Sequence record: NC_028659.1
Reading direction: 5' to 3' (one strand)
Length of the DNA stretch: 64,000 bases
Origin: Klebsiella phage vB_KpnM_KB57
Of the stretch, positions 1 through 8,229 are shown piece by piece. Within the stretch, counting starts at the first letter, position 1. Every line of letters starts with the position of its first letter. A model generated the notes under the pieces. It ran no database searches. It saw only the letters and a program-made list of their open reading frames with translations, and was not told the DNA's origin. The translations under genes and the position numbers were made by a program.

Positions 1-92
1 TTCGCTCCCACACATTCGGGTCAAGACGTGTCCTATAGTCTTTCGACGCTTCCACAGCTCGGAGTAAACCCGTCCCGGCTGTCCTGTGAATT

Positions 93-174
93 TGGCGAAG
101 GCGGCAGGATTCGAACCCGCATACTCCAATTACTCGATTAACGACGGGTTAGAAGCCCGTTGAGATACGCCCTC
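93..174 (-). tRNA. tRNA-like gene with encoded 3' CCA and T-arm GCGGG-TTCGAAT-CCTGC. Candidate anticodon arm ACGGG-CTTCTAA-CCCGT would give anticodon UCU (Arg?). D-arm not resolved.
   Basis: Reverse complement shows acceptor GAGGGCG/CGCCTTC, TTCGAAT T-loop and CCA. No ORF. Fold incomplete by eye. Confidence 0.45.
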
Positions 175-183
175 TTAAACTGA

Positions 184-258
184 TGCGCCCTCCCGGACTC
201 GAACCGGGAACCCTGGGGGCTTAACACCCATGCCTCTGCCAGATTGGACCAAGGACGC
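184..258 (-). tRNA. tRNA gene (anticodon unresolved). T-arm CCCGG-TTCGAGT-CCGGG. CCA not encoded.
   Basis: Acceptor pairing GCGTCCT/AGGGCGC with one GU pair, canonical T-loop, ORF-free region. Confidence 0.5.
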
Positions 259-423
259 AAAGCATTTATGTGCTGCGACTCTCTCAAAACACTTGTCGGG
301 AGAAGGTCAAGAAATATCCGCGAAATACCCCTATCGTCACACCCTATGCAATGTCTGTCGTTTCGGTTTGCAACCCTTGCGACTTCTATTCCAAATGGAG
401 AAAGCCCAGCCATAAATGTTTTG

Positions 424-533
424 TGGAGCAGGGTGGTGGAATCTAACCACCTATGTATTCTCCACCGCACGTATGTAGCGGGGATATTTTCAGGTCTGGA
501 TGGACCTCGCGGTTGACAAACCGCCTACCCTGC
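424..533 (-). ncRNA. tRNA-like element. Encoded CCA and T-arm GGTGG-TTAGATT-CCACC at the 3' end, but the distance to the best 5' acceptor partner is ~110 nt. A tRNA with an insertion, or another structured RNA.
   Basis: Acceptor ACCCTGC-T-CCA at 424-433. Complementary GCAGGGT at 527-533. Internal hairpin AGGTC-CATCCA-GACCT with a 6-nt loop. No ORF. Confidence 0.3.
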
Positions 534-535
534 AT

Positions 536-610
536 TGGCTTCTCGAACAGGAATCGAACCTGTACCGTCCCTATCGTGGGACCGCTCTAACCAAAGTAAG
601 CTATCGAGAA
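536..610 (-). tRNA. tRNA gene. Anticodon loop ACGATAG, candidate GAU (Ile), with an atypical C at position 33.
   Basis: Acceptor TTCTCGA/TCGAGAA, D-arm GCTT..GAGC, anticodon stem GTCCC/GGGAC, T-arm ACAGG-TTCGATT-CCTGT, encoded CCA. Confidence 0.55.
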
Positions 611-616
611 ATTGTT

Positions 617-692
617 TGGTGCTCGCAGTAGGACTTGAACCCACGACCTTCTCCTTACAAGGGAGTTGCTCTACCAACTGAGCTATACGAGC
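617..692 (-). tRNA. tRNA-Thr (anticodon UGU)
   Basis: Clean cloverleaf: acceptor GCTCGTA/TGCGAGC, D-arm GCTC-AGTTGGTA-GAGC, anticodon loop CTTGTAA, T-arm GTGGG-TTCAAGT-CCTAC, disc A, CCA encoded. Confidence 0.7.
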
Positions 693-1093
693 AAGAAATG
701 CTGTTTCCGATTAACAGCCTGGAGGAGTCAGTTAGCCATATCTTGTGAGCTAAGATCCTATATCCAGGATTTAAGTAATCAAAGAAATTTTAGCTTTATG
801 GTTTAGAAGTTTCAAGTTTAAACATTAAGCTTTGAACGATAATCTTTGAATGTTGAATGTTGAAGTCTTTCGAATTCGCGATTCGACAATTTCGATCAAA
901 CCGCATCATTGTGCGGACTGACGGAAACATACGTTTAAGTATCATCCTGTACGATTATGTTCGGAGCAGTTTAACCTCCGGCCCCGGTAGAGGCAAGATG
1001 TTTCTGACTTCGCTAACCAAAAACAGCATTTAAAAACTTTACCAGCTATCCGCAGGAATTACAAGATGTTAATCAAGAATTCCTGCAAATATT

Positions 1094-1741
1094 TTAGATT
1101 GATCCTTCAATCTCTACTTCAGTCCGTGCATTTGACTCGGAAAGAACAAAGTCAACGTTAGACTTAAAGTCTTCAATCTCTGCTTCCAGAGAACGAATGC
1201 GATCTGCCAGACCCAGTGGGTCAACAATGGAAGGAGTTCCCATGCTACGAACTGGCGCTTCTACTACAGCCAACTGTGCAGCGTCTGGCGCTTTATCACG
1301 TTGGACATATGGAGCACGAGCAGCTTCAAGCTTCGCCTCGAATTCCTGTGTATCACGGTTCAGGCGAACCTGAGCATGATTATACTGAGACTTCAGTTTG
1401 CCAAGCAGAAGCTCTTTGAAAACGATGGTGCGTTTACGTTCAATCGCCTGAGCTACGGTCATAGACTCGCCAGCGATCTCAACTTTTGTTACAGCGTTTG
1501 ACTGAACAACTTTCGCCTTCAGGTCGTCGCGAACAGCCAGAAGATCCTGAACACCCTGGAAGTCTGCCTGAGCAGATTTCTCGAAGTCCTCAACGCTCTG
1601 GATAGAGCCTGGGATCTGACGGTTTGCGTCAGTGCCTTTCGCGATGTGAATCGTGTTCAGCGCTTCGATACGCTTCTGAATCTTTTCCTCAACCTTGGTC
1701 AGGGTAGCCAGAGCGCGGGTTACAGACATCTTAGTAGACAT
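1094..1741 (-). CDS. Hypothetical coiled-coil protein (215 aa)
   Basis: Long ORF with strong RBS GAGGAG upstream of the ATG. Charged heptad-like sequence. No recognisable catalytic motif. Confidence 0.6.
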   Translation of the reverse strand: MSTKMSVTRALATLTKVEEKIQKRIEALNTIHIAKGTDANRQIPGSIQSVEDFEKSAQADFQGVQDLLAVRDDLKAKVVQSNAVTKVEIAGESMTVAQAIERKRTIVFKELLLGKLKSQYNHAQVRLNRDTQEFEAKLEAARAPYVQRDKAPDAAQLAVVEAPVRSMGTPSIVDPLGLADRIRSLEAEIEDFKSNVDFVLSESNARTEVEIEGSI

Positions 1742-1815
1742 AGAATTCTCCTCTCATGAAATTTAAAATTTGAGTTACTTCAAATATTTGCCGACATCCG
1801 TGTCGGCACTACGCA

Positions 1816-2427
1816 TTAGTTTTTGCCAGTGTTGACAACAACGCCCTGGCGGTTAGCATCAGCTTTTGCGATTTCCAGACGGGTTTCGCGTTCAGCCTTC
1901 AGATCACCACGCGCTGCTTCAAGCTGTTCTGTCAGCATTGCAATACGGTCATCCTTAGCCTTGCTATTCGCAGTAAGTTCTGCAATTGCAACCTTGTGAG
2001 CAGATTCCAGATTTGCCTTAACCGCATTCAGTTCGATTGCAGCGCTACGTTTAACGTCGGCAACTGCGCTTTCTACAGCTTCAGCATTGTTCTGCTGAGA
2101 GATCGCCAGCTCTGCACGAAGGTCTTCAACAACACCCGGTTCTACAGCTACAAGGCCGCGAGCTTTCAGGATAGAATTCAGAACGGAATCTTCGTTTTCC
2201 AGAACTTTGATCTTCAGCTTGGATTTTTCTTCTGCCAGTTTTTCGTTGAACTGAACTTCAATTTGTCCCAGTTCCTGCTGCTTAAACTGAATTTCCTGAC
2301 TGATCTTTTCAGACCCTTCTGCCAGAGATTGCAGTTCAGCGACTACTTTAGTCAGACCAGTAGCGGCAGTGGTTACTGCTTTAGTGGCACGTTCAGTTAC
2401 GGAAATTACAGTTTTAGAATCAGTCAT
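1816..2427 (-). CDS. Hypothetical coiled-coil protein (203 aa)
   Basis: ORF with RBS AAGGAG. Minus-strand promoter TTGACA-N17-TAGTAT immediately upstream. Confidence 0.6.
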   Translation of the reverse strand: MTDSKTVISVTERATKAVTTAATGLTKVVAELQSLAEGSEKISQEIQFKQQELGQIEVQFNEKLAEEKSKLKIKVLENEDSVLNSILKARGLVAVEPGVVEDLRAELAISQQNNAEAVESAVADVKRSAAIELNAVKANLESAHKVAIAELTANSKAKDDRIAMLTEQLEAARGDLKAERETRLEIAKADANRQGVVVNTGKN

Positions 2428-2458
2428 TAAGTTCTCCTTTGCGTTAAATTAGGTTTAA

Positions 2459-2487
2459 ATACTACACTTACAGATTGTGTTTGTCAA
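2459..2487 (-). promoter_or_regulatory. sigma70-like promoter (TTGACA-N17-TAGTAT) for the 1816-2427 gene
   Basis: Reverse complement reads cTTGACAaacacaatctgtaagtgTAGTAT. RBS and ATG follow ~25 nt downstream. Confidence 0.5.
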
Positions 2488-2605
2488 GCGAATCTTTGAT
2501 TATTTCTTCGGTGGTAGGGTTGTTTTCAAACCATGACCAATAATACCAAAGAACAAGCAGGAAAGAGATCACTGACATGATGATAAAGATAACACCGCCA
2601 CTCAT
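2468..2605 (-). CDS. Possible small membrane protein (45 aa, MSGGVIFIIMSVISFLLVLWYYW...)
   Basis: Short ORF with ATGA start/stop overlap to the 2602-2838 ORF and a hydrophobic helix. Overlaps the promoter above, so uncertain. Confidence 0.3.
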   Translation of the reverse strand: MSGGVIFIIMSVISFLLVLWYYWSWFENNPTTEEIIKDSLDKHNL

Positions 2606-2838
2606 CGTACAACGTCCTTAATGGAGTCACAAACTTCACCAACGACGCCTGCGGTAGGTGATACGATAATCTCATCAGCGGCGTCAAGAACTTCTGCGGC
2701 TACATCTACAAAAGGTTCTGCAACAGTTGCCGTGACAACAACAGCAGTACCAACAATATCGCCAGCCATACGTAACAGGGATCCGAACATTTCGTTCTCC
2801 TTTTGGTTTAGATTTGAAACGAGAGCACTTTCGTCCAT
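2602..2838 (-). CDS. Hypothetical small Gly/Val/Ala-rich protein (78 aa)
   Basis: ORF in the tRNA interval. Composition suggests membrane or structural character. Confidence 0.45.
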   Translation of the reverse strand: MDESALVSNLNQKENEMFGSLLRMAGDIVGTAVVVTATVAEPFVDVAAEVLDAADEIIVSPTAGVVGEVCDSIKDVVR

Positions 2839-2918
2839 TTAAGCTATCGCCCTGTGCCACTACGCGAGCCGGGCCAGCAAGAACGGGAGTCGAACCCGTA
2901 TCTCTCTCATTTCAAACT

Positions 2919-2994
2919 TGGTGGGGCATGAAGGATTCGAACCTTCGACCTTCGGCTTAAGGGGCCGCTACACTAACCGCTGTGTTAATACCCC
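2919..2994 (-). tRNA. tRNA gene. Anticodon loop CCCTTAA (candidate CUU Lys, but position 33 is C). CCA encoded.
   Basis: Acceptor GGGGTAT/ATGCCCC, D-arm ACAC-AGCGGTTA-GTGT, T-arm GAAGG-TTCGAAT-CCTTC. Confidence 0.55.
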
Positions 2995-3055
2995 GAAAAC
3001 ATGCCCGTGTTTTTAAAGACGTTTCACGGAATCGTCATTCCCCATGCCGGAGAAA

Positions 3056-3367
3056 TTACTTTTTCTTCTTACTCTTCGTGGCTACGGTTTCAACAACCTT
3101 AGTTTCCTTTACCTTACCAGCACGTTCACGCTTGGTCTTGCCTGTGCGGATGCGGTAAGAAGCAGAGATAATCTGACCACCTTCAATCCGGGTTTCGGAT
3201 TTATACTCTCCTTTACGGCGATCGAAAACTGATACGGTTTTCTCTACACCACCGAGACGCACATCGTGCGGCGCAGAATGAGTCTGAGTAGACTTCGACT
3301 CAAACTGGAAAGGCTGTTTGATAGCGTCGATGGCGGATACTTTCTTAGCAGTATTTTTCTTAGTCAT
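3056..3367 (-). CDS. Lysine-rich basic protein (103 aa). Possible nucleic-acid-binding or abundant virion/internal protein.
   Basis: ORF with RBS AAGGAG and its own TTGACG-N17-TAGTAT promoter. Very basic C-terminus (KSKKKK). Confidence 0.6.
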   Translation of the reverse strand: MTKKNTAKKVSAIDAIKQPFQFESKSTQTHSAPHDVRLGGVEKTVSVFDRRKGEYKSETRIEGGQIISASYRIRTGKTKRERAGKVKETKVVETVATKSKKKK

Positions 3368-3420
3368 AATTTTCTCCTTTGCATTTTATTTGGGAATTTG
3401 TCCCGTTTATGTTCATGAGG

Positions 3421-3449
3421 ATACTAACTCAATCAGATATCCTCGTCAA
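3421..3449 (-). promoter_or_regulatory. sigma70-like promoter (TTGACG-N17-TAGTAT) for the 3056-3367 gene
   Basis: Reverse complement reads TTGACGaggatatctgattgagtTAGTAT. Confidence 0.5.
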
Positions 3450-3459
3450 CATTTTTAAT

Positions 3460-3537
3460 TGGTGGCCCCCGGAGGATTCGAACCTGCCTACCTCTCGATT
3501 ATGAGTCGATTGCTCATACCTAATGAGCTTGAGGGCT
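3460..3537 (-). tRNA. tRNA with anticodon CAU (Met or lysidine-Ile). CCA encoded.
   Basis: D-arm GCTC-ATTAGGTAT-GAGC, anticodon stem TCGA/TCGA with loop CTCATAA, T-loop TTCGAAT, acceptor GGGGGCC-A-CCA. Confidence 0.55.
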
Positions 3538-3539
3538 TA

Positions 3540-3612
3540 TCGTTCAGAGTGGAATTGAACCACTGACCTTGTCCGTATGAAGAACCTGCTCTACCAACTG
3601 AGCTACTGAACG
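3540..3612 (-). tRNA. tRNA, candidate anticodon CAU (loop TTCATAC). CCA not encoded.
   Basis: Acceptor CGTTCAG/CTGAACG, perfect D-arm GCTC-AGTTGGTA-GAGC, T-arm AGTGG-TTCAATT-CCACT. Confidence 0.5.
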
Positions 3613-3628
3613 CTTGATGTGGTAGATA

Positions 3629-3823
3629 TTATAGATCACCTGTTTCATTGTCAACGTCTTTTTTACTATTACTGCAAATAAAACAGAAAATTTCTCTTTT
3701 AGGACCTATGTACTCCTTCCCGCAGTTAGTACAGGCTGAATGATAATACATACCCCGCAGACTTTCACCAGGCCAGTCTCTTTCAGAGAATGCGATGCAG
3801 TGATTAGAGGTCAGGTCGTTCAT
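3629..3823 (-). CDS. Small Cys-rich zinc-ribbon protein (64 aa)
   Basis: CxxC...CxxC spacing (CTNCGK ... CFICSN). Confidence 0.45.
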   Translation of the reverse strand: MNDLTSNHCIAFSERDWPGESLRGMYYHSACTNCGKEYIGPKREIFCFICSNSKKDVDNETGDL

Positions 3824-3992
3824 CAGTGTATACCTCTGGGAACAATTGTCTTGCCCTAGCCTTCATTTCAACAATGATGTCATTCAGTCTAAGACTGAGG
3901 CTATGCATTCTTTCTAAAGTTTCCATATAATGCCTCTCAGAAGTCTGGGTGCTCGTCAGAAGAAATCCCCTCTCCGAAACCAACGAAAACAT
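3804..3992 (-). CDS. Hypothetical protein (62 aa)
   Basis: ORF in a minus-strand small-gene run. Confidence 0.4.
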   Translation of the reverse strand: MFSLVSERGFLLTSTQTSERHYMETLERMHSLSLRLNDIIVEMKARARQLFPEVYTDERPDL

Positions 3993-4119
3993 CTACGTCT
4001 TCAGACTGACGAATCCCTTCGCCGTAACCAATAAAGCCGTCAAATTCATCTTTCATCGTTTTGCTCCTTTTCGTTTTGAACGAATGATCGCCGCTTCAGC
4101 ACGACGTTGTTTTCGATTC

Positions 4120-4365
4120 TTAAATTGTTCGGAAGATTCGGAGAGCGTATTTGATTGTGAGATCTTCATCATTGGGGTAGAAATAGTATAATCCACCTTC
4201 TTCACCGAAGGAGGCAACGTATTTCCAGGCTTCAATTCCAAAACCAGTTGTAGAAAAAGCGATCTCATCCGCTTCATCAGTAGCTTCATCCAGTTCCCTA
4301 TGATTCGATTCGTGTTCAATATACTCTCCGTTATCAGATTTATAAACGAGTTTTAGTTTAAACAT
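4120..4365 (-). CDS. Hypothetical acidic protein (81 aa)
   Basis: Preferred over the overlapping 4053-4319 ORF on protein-like composition. Confidence 0.45.
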   Translation of the reverse strand: MFKLKLVYKSDNGEYIEHESNHRELDEATDEADEIAFSTTGFGIEAWKYVASFGEEGGLYYFYPNDEDLTIKYALRIFRTI

Positions 4366-4439
4366 AGTGTCCTACCGTGTAAGTTGTTAAGAGTCAAGTT
4401 ATTTTGATAACTCAATCTTACCAGCGGACACCTTTTTTG

Positions 4440-4688
4440 TCAATCCATGATACCGGAGTCGTTGACACCACGACGGTATTCTGCTATGGAAAGTGCTCTG
4501 ATACGTTCTATGAACTCATCATCAGTTTCCCATTCACAGTCATCATCGTAATATTCATCAAGACCATCTTCAATCTCAGGAACCCAAGACTTCTTCTGAT
4601 CTTCATGAACAGATGCCCTATTGAAATCGTGTTTAGCGACTAAATTACGCACTGAAATCAGACCCCTTAATCTGTTTTGCGGTTTCAA
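4440..4688 (-). CDS. Hypothetical acidic protein (82 aa)
   Basis: ORF. Overlaps the next gene by 44 nt, so the true start is uncertain. Confidence 0.4.
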   Translation of the reverse strand: MKPQNRLRGLISVRNLVAKHDFNRASVHEDQKKSWVPEIEDGLDEYYDDDCEWETDDEFIERIRALSIAEYRRGVNDSGIMD

Positions 4689-4956
4689 CGAGATCTACAT
4701 TTCCCGTTTTCGTGTTTACCCAGCGGGTTTCGGTCTTTGTTGCGTGCATTGTATGTCCACAACCAAAGGAAATGATGCAAACACCTGGTCCATGAGCCTC
4801 AAGATCGGCTTCAAACTCCTGTTTACAGACTTTACATTCCATCATTACGGGTCCAAACATTTTAGGCTCCTTAATATAATACGGGTTTGTCGGTGTATTA
4901 TTACATGTCAGGCAATCATGTACCGGGACTTCATGCCACTTGCATGGATTTTCCAT
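4645..4956 (-). CDS. Cys-rich hypothetical protein (103 aa)
   Basis: Several CxxC pairs (CLTC, CKVC, CGH). Confidence 0.45.
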   Translation of the reverse strand: MENPCKWHEVPVHDCLTCNNTPTNPYYIKEPKMFGPVMMECKVCKQEFEADLEAHGPGVCIISFGCGHTMHATKTETRWVNTKTGNVDLVETAKQIKGSDFSA

Positions 4957-4964
4957 AGTGTACC

Positions 4965-4990
4965 TATCAGAAAAGCCCCCGAAGGGCTTA
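4965..4990 (-). terminator. Rho-independent terminator downstream of the NAMPT gene
   Basis: Minus-sense AAGCCCttcggGGGCTT hairpin followed by TTTTCT. Confidence 0.6.
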
Positions 4991-4994
4991 TTGA

Positions 4995-6674
4995 TTACAG
5001 TTGAGCGGCTGCGCGTTCACGAATCGTTGTCAGATCTTCATCGACAATAAGTTTACCGTTGTAGAACACACGACGCAGTTCGTTATCGTCAGACTGTACA
5101 TCTTCAAGCTGACAATTGTCAATCAGTTCTAACTGACCGAACATGTTGCGAACAACTTTGAGGAAACCTTTCGCAGATTTCTTACTGAGGTCGGTCTTAG
5201 GCTCTTTGACAACCATGATTTGCTGACCATCAATAACAGCGCCAGTTGCTTTCACAGCCATACCCAGTGAATCACGGGTTGTGTACTGGGTGGTAAAGGA
5301 ACCAACACCGTACACGATATTGCTGGATGCAAAGCCTTTATCTCTCAGACGTTCAAAGATGTCTTTTGCACGCGCGACAGTGATAGAATCACCGTAGATC
5401 AGACCAATATGACTATCAAGAACCTTATAGCCCTTGGAATTAACTTCACCACCGAAAATATCCCATAAACATTGGACTGCACCTACAGCTTCATGGTAAG
5501 GAACTTCATCTGTTTCATCAATAACATCAAAACCTGAAGACTGCTTGACACGATAGAACTTACCAAGAACCTGAACAAGTTCATATCCGGCTTCCGCATT
5601 GGCATCATAAGCTTCTTCAAAGCTTGCATAATCACCGCCATCTGTGTAGTAACCAGCAATGATATGCTCAGGGACACCGGAGTCCGGGCGGAATACAACA
5701 CGTCCATCGCGAGCCATGATTTCCTGTTTCAGGATCGCTGCTGCTTTGGTGATAATCGCCCAGAAGTCATAACTGTCTGCCACGTAGGAAACAAAACCTT
5801 TAGGGAAAATTTCCGTAATGTAGCGTTTCATGAATTCAACTTCAGCCAAGAAACGTGCTTCGTCCAGAGTCAGTTCCGGGTGTTCACCTTGTAGGCGACC
5901 GACGATAAATCCGATGTTCGTGGTTGCAACAGAGTGTTCAGATGCAGGAATAGAACCAGCAACGAACTTGCCTTTCATGTTGTAATAACGACGAGCATAC
6001 AGAATCGCTGGGATAGTGTCTGTACCCATAGAGTTGATCAGTTGACCGAATTCGCTCTGTGCTGCGTCGTGAGTACCAGCTTCACCGCGATATGCGAAGC
6101 AGTGGTTCTGGAATGCAACATGGTCGTTGTTATCACAGGTCTCAGCAGCCCATTTTTCAGACAGCTTGCGATACTGCCAGAACGTCGTTGCAGTTGTGAT
6201 AGTTTTCCAAGTTTCTGCGGAGATCACACTTTCCAGGAAGTTAGGCAACCAGTAAAAATCCGGGTGCGTATTCTGGATTGTAAACATTGGGACCTGAACC
6301 GGAGAAAGAGTTCCTTCTGGAAGAGCACGGATTTCCAGAGGAAGATAACCGAGATCATGAAGAGCCTCAAAGCCCCAGGTTTCTACCATGCCAATGCCGA
6401 TGCTGGAGTCGCAAACCTCACGATAATCAGCAACCGCTTCTTCTTTCGGGAGGTTGAAGAAGTTATTGTTGAACATGTCGATAAGGAACCACTTAATAAA
6501 TCCCTGAAGGCCAGCAAACATGACACGCTGGTCGTTATCAGCGAAGTGGATGAAGTGCTTCGCATTACGAGGGGTCATGTTATCCTGAACAATTTCAGAA
6601 CGTTTATCATACATGGAGATATGTGAAGGTTTGTAAAAGTCAGCGAACAGGATAGGACTTTCTTGATTAAGCAT
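4995..6674 (-). CDS. nadV: Nicotinamide phosphoribosyltransferase (NAMPT / NadV-like)
   Basis: ~560 aa. N-terminal ILFADFYK...SHISMY resembles NAMPT ILLATDSYK..THY. Internal DSYD motif and GVGSF...RD..G..VKATG C-terminal region. Start set at the internal Met preceded by AAGGAG. Confidence 0.75.
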   Translation of the reverse strand: MLNQESPILFADFYKPSHISMYDKRSEIVQDNMTPRNAKHFIHFADNDQRVMFAGLQGFIKWFLIDMFNNNFFNLPKEEAVADYREVCDSSIGIGMVETWGFEALHDLGYLPLEIRALPEGTLSPVQVPMFTIQNTHPDFYWLPNFLESVISAETWKTITTATTFWQYRKLSEKWAAETCDNNDHVAFQNHCFAYRGEAGTHDAAQSEFGQLINSMGTDTIPAILYARRYYNMKGKFVAGSIPASEHSVATTNIGFIVGRLQGEHPELTLDEARFLAEVEFMKRYITEIFPKGFVSYVADSYDFWAIITKAAAILKQEIMARDGRVVFRPDSGVPEHIIAGYYTDGGDYASFEEAYDANAEAGYELVQVLGKFYRVKQSSGFDVIDETDEVPYHEAVGAVQCLWDIFGGEVNSKGYKVLDSHIGLIYGDSITVARAKDIFERLRDKGFASSNIVYGVGSFTTQYTTRDSLGMAVKATGAVIDGQQIMVVKEPKTDLSKKSAKGFLKVVRNMFGQLELIDNCQLEDVQSDDNELRRVFYNGKLIVDEDLTTIRERAAAQL

Positions 6675-6735
6675 GTTTTGTTTCTCCTTTGTTTGTTTAA
6701 TAGGGCGATTGTACGCCCACTTATTCATTTGTCAA

Positions 6736-7536
6736 TTAAAAGTTTTCGGTCCAGTCGTGGTACGCGTAGATTTCATCAACGCCGCCTTCGTAGATAACTT
6801 CTTTACCGAAGGAAAAGATACCGTGAGTTACGTAAAGAATAACACGTTTTGCTCCTTTTGCCTTCAATGCTTGTGCCAGGGCGATGAATGTGCGACCACC
6901 ATCGCAGATATCATCGACAATAACACACTCGCGGCCTTCAACATCACCGAAAACAGCAGTCCCGGTAATTTCATTTGTCTTCAGATCGCGCACTTTTCCA
7001 GCTTCCACCAGAGGGAGGCGGAGACGATCGGAAACTTTCTGAGCTTTTTTACGTGCTCCGGCGTCAGGTGCCACGATAACAACATCTTTTCCAACCAGGC
7101 CTTCATGGAATTCCGCAATAAGAGCATCCTGACCACGAATTTTAACGTTGTTAAGCAACGCAGCAGAGACATCGCTGTGCGGATCATCGACAATGACCTT
7201 GTCAAACCCAAGAGAGTTGACGATATTTGCGAAAACTTTGATGGATAACGCTTCACCAGGTTGCATTACGCGGTCCTGACGTGCATATGGGATGTACGGC
7301 AAGTGCAAAGTGAACTGTGCAGTATGATGGAGGCCTTCAAGGCGAGAACATGCATCAACCAACATGGCAAGTGCCATAACATCAGTAGAATTTTTAATTT
7401 TCGCAGTGATGTCTACGAAACCAATACCACCTTTCGGGGTATGCGCCATATCGATTCTAACCTGTTCTTCACCACCTTTGAACGTAAAGTGATCGACAGG
7501 AACTACCAGTTTGTTCAGACGAAGTTCTAAACTCAT
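6736..7536 (-). CDS. prs: Ribose-phosphate pyrophosphokinase (PRPP synthetase)
   Basis: 266 aa with the PRPP-binding signature VIVDDICDGGRTF. Sits immediately upstream of NAMPT in the same orientation. Confidence 0.8.
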   Translation of the reverse strand: MSLELRLNKLVVPVDHFTFKGGEEQVRIDMAHTPKGGIGFVDITAKIKNSTDVMALAMLVDACSRLEGLHHTAQFTLHLPYIPYARQDRVMQPGEALSIKVFANIVNSLGFDKVIVDDPHSDVSAALLNNVKIRGQDALIAEFHEGLVGKDVVIVAPDAGARKKAQKVSDRLRLPLVEAGKVRDLKTNEITGTAVFGDVEGRECVIVDDICDGGRTFIALAQALKAKGAKRVILYVTHGIFSFGKEVIYEGGVDEIYAYHDWTENF

Positions 7537-7907
7537 TTCATATATCCTCTATTAACAATTATGTAATGTCTAGGTTTTGCATTCCCATTTGAATCCTGAA
7601 AACCAGAACGTATCCTTCGAATGTATCCAAGAGACTCCATCTTTGTCAAGAACTCTGATACTTTCGGTTGTGACTTTTCGCTCAACCCAAACAGATGACA
7701 CAAAGATTTTTGAGATGGGTAAAAAACTTCATCGCCACCATCTGGGTTTAGACTCTTGAAGTAATCATACCTCCACCAAAGCTTGATTAATCTTTGCAAA
7801 TCTTGGGGTGAGAGACGATCATCAAAAAGCCACTGCGTCGGAATGGTGACATATGCCCCATCTCTGATATTCACAGTGTTGTCACCAATCTTTATCTCCA
7901 CCACCAT
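7533..7907 (-). CDS. Hypothetical protein, possible winged-helix DNA-binding regulator (124 aa)
   Basis: ATGA overlap with prs. RBS AGGAG. First gene of the leftward operon, adjacent to palindromic operators. Confidence 0.45.
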   Translation of the reverse strand: MVVEIKIGDNTVNIRDGAYVTIPTQWLFDDRLSPQDLQRLIKLWWRYDYFKSLNPDGGDEVFYPSQKSLCHLFGLSEKSQPKVSEFLTKMESLGYIRRIRSGFQDSNGNAKPRHYIIVNRGYMK

Positions 7908-7974
7908 CTCCTATTTATTCCGCGATAGGTATAATTAGAGCCTACACCACTAAATCAATACTGTCAACTCTAAT

Positions 7975-8016
7975 TATTCCCGATTAGGAATATCTAATTA
8001 TTCCCGAAAAGGAATA
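7975..8016. promoter_or_regulatory. Two operator-like palindromes TATTCC-N6-GGAATA (7975-7992 and 7999-8016) in a divergent promoter region
   Basis: Perfect 6-bp inverted-repeat arms, tandem, 24 bp centre to centre. A third palindrome ACTCTATatcATAGAGT lies at ~8104-8122. Confidence 0.45.
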
Positions 8017-8176
8017 CAATACTAACTTATCATTTAAACTAACTTATGATCTTTAAAAACAATAAAACATAAGATCTAAAACAAGATCTTTTACTACAGA
8101 GTATAAATACTCTATATCATAGAGTCGGTGACTCGATGAGTTGGATTATCGTATGAAGAAAAGATGATGTCAAGTG

Positions 8177-8204
8177 TTGACATGAAATTTTTAACGTGTA
8201 GAAT
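8177..8204 (+). promoter_or_regulatory. sigma70-like promoter TTGACA-N16-TAGAAT for the rightward operon
   Basis: TTGACA at 8177-8182, TAGAAT at 8199-8204. RBS AAGGAG and ATG at 8230 follow. Confidence 0.6.
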
Positions 8205-8229
8205 CTAGGTAATGTTAAAGGAGATTGTT

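Noticed and set aside
93-692. tRNA cluster as an integration site (attP/attB)
   Set aside because: Multiple different tRNAs in tandem with phage promoters and no integrase. Typical phage-encoded tRNA bank rather than an insertion target.
4053-4319. 88-aa ORF overlapping 4120-4365 in another frame
   Set aside because: The alternative frame has a more protein-like composition, and only one can be real. Retained the 81-aa version.
5934-6626. 230-aa plus-strand ORF inside the NAMPT gene
   Set aside because: Antisense to a confidently assigned enzyme gene. Cys/Arg-rich junk-like composition.
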